Assembly (NCBI GenBank): GCA_905178155.1
Contig: CAJINV010000093.1
Span: 1-8,602, forward strand
Source of the DNA: Amoebophrya sp. A120
Lineage: Eukaryota; Protista; Dinoflagellata
DNA length: 8,602 nt
Direction: 5' to 3'
The position numbers and the translations under genes were made by a program. Positions 7,573-8,602 of the stretch are shown here, piece by piece (position 1 is the stretch's first letter; each line of letters begins with the position of its first letter). Below the pieces are notes generated by a model, which worked only from the letters and a program-made list of their open reading frames with translations, did no database searches and was not told the DNA's origin.

Positions 7573-8282
7573 ATGGACGTCACCTTTCGCGCGATCCTGT
7601 CGTTCCCCGCGGGCACCGGCGAAGCGCGGGAACAGCTAGAGAAGGTCAAGCGACTCGCGTACCCAAGAAAAAAAGATTGTAGGAGGTGTAACTTTTTTGG
7701 CTGATCAGCAATACAAATCTGTTTGGCATGACAGCAGAAACCTGTCATGCGCAGATAGCACGTCAAAACGCGCTTCCTGAATGGACCCTGCAATGCACCA
7801 TGTCCAGCATGACAGACGCAATCCTCTTACGTGTTGCGCACTACACACTTACACTAGCAATGTTTTTTTCCTGCATATCGCGAATCAGCGCTTTATCGCG
7901 GAGGACGATGGGAAGATGATGCTGTCCCTGCTGGAATCCCTGGCCTTCGAGCACAATTACGCGGGCGGACTGTTTATCATGGGAGAACTTTTTCGCAACG
8001 GCGATTTCTCGCCCGGAGTGGAAGTGGATGTGGAAAAAGTACATGTGTTTTTCTTTGGTGTACGTACAACAGCGATATTTTCTGATACAACACCTGGCAA
8101 ATATTCTCTTTTTCTCTTTAGAAGTGCAAACAACACACAAAAACACGATCTCACAGGCCATCGCATACTACATCCTGACCCTGGCACACCCCCTGATCCG
8201 CAAAGTCGTTGCGGAAGCGATGTTGCAAGAAATCGGGGCGTTCCTGTTGCAGAATTACAAGATATGCGAGTCGAAAATTTGA
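7573..8282 (+). CDS. Small Sel1-like repeat (SLR/TPR-class) protein, ~122 aa. Exons 7573-7659, 7883-8038, 8157-8282 (possible alternative last exon to 8547)
   Basis: MDVTFRAILSFPAGTGEAREQLEKVKRLA-NQRFIAEDDGKMMLSLLESLAFEHNYAGGLFIMGELFRNGDFSPGVEVDVEK-AIAYYILTLAHPLIRKVVAEAMLQEIGAFLLQNYKICESKI. GLFIMGELFRNG...GVEVDVEKAIAYY fits the Sel1 consensus (LGxxYxxG..GVxxDxxKAxxYY) and is only formed by splicing 8039-8156. Confidence 0.82.
7660..7877. mobile_element. Introner/MITE-like element, 218 bp, TSD TCGCG
   Basis: TIR 7660-7679 / 7858-7877 with 16/20 complementary. Perfect TSD at 7655-7659 and 7878-7882. Removing 223 nt restores the frame (EKVKRLA-NQRF). Same family as the 1443 and 1840 elements. 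Internal 9-bp hairpin at 7726-7750. Confidence 0.9.
8039..8156 (+). other. Canonical phase-0 GT-AG intron, 118 nt, with residual inverted repeat
   Basis: aaa|gtacat...ctcacag|gcc. Splicing reconstitutes the Sel1 motif. Subterminal inverted repeat gtgttttt / aaaaacac. Confidence 0.8.
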
Positions 8283-8474
8283 TTATTGATTAACGATCGT
8301 ACGTGACACGTACAAAATGCATGACGAGCCTCTGGAGCCACGCTTATTGGTATTCGAGGCTGTTCCTCTCTCTGCGTTTTTGTAATGCTGAACAAGATAC
8401 GCATACGCATACGACAATCATTATGGGACTGTCAGGATCGAAATCGACAAAATCGAAATAATCTGTAATGCATA
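8263..8474. mobile_element. Possible highly degenerate TIR element, 212 bp
   Basis: Termini tatgc / gcata with patchy pairing for ~35 nt. Flanks caaga/aaaat match 2/5. Removing length+5 opens a frame to TAA 8545-8547. Confidence 0.3.
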
Positions 8475-8602
8475 AAAATGCTACGCAAAAAGCGACTCTA
8501 TTGCAGAGGATGCAAGGAAGGCGGATTGTAGTCCTGGTAAGGGTTAAGTGTTGGGCTGCTGACTAGCATGACAGAAGGCAGCTCTTTTGCCCTAAACCGC
8601 AT

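Noticed and set aside
7755-7833. Extra exon IARQNALPEWTLQ... in the Sel1 gene
   Set aside because: It is inside the 7660-7877 element, which has a perfect TCGCG TSD, and is not needed for frame.
1-8602. Prokaryotic operon, CRISPR array, tRNA/rRNA or transposase ORF, and the many short minus-strand ORFs
   Set aside because: No regularly spaced repeats, RNA-gene signatures or DDE/RT motifs were seen. Most short ORFs are shadows of + strand exons or chance frames within elements.

Overview
Eukaryotic genomic DNA with three co-oriented + strand genes: a 5'-truncated ~740-aa low-complexity protein (ends 3511), an unknown ~200-aa protein (starts 5075) and a ~122-aa Sel1-like-repeat protein (7573-8282). 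The ORF track looks fragmented because nearly every intron is a 170-340-bp MITE-like element. Each element has terminal inverted repeats (TIRs) that usually start TAT and end ATA, and is flanked by a 5-bp target-site duplication (TSD). Eight elements are clear: six have perfect TSDs and two have one mismatch. In all eight, removing the element plus one TSD copy rejoins the reading frame, and only one of those precise excisions can be written as GT-AG. This is an introner-type system of transposon-derived, mostly non-canonical introns. It resembles the IR/DR-bounded introns described in the syndinian dinoflagellate Amoebophrya, but the host is only inferred. The elements share a TAT-N4-YGCAAAAG or TAT-SCAAG-A-run terminus and an internal GCATSASAR motif, and older eroded copies are also visible. 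All alignments and counts were made by eye, and no splice junction is confirmed by transcript data.
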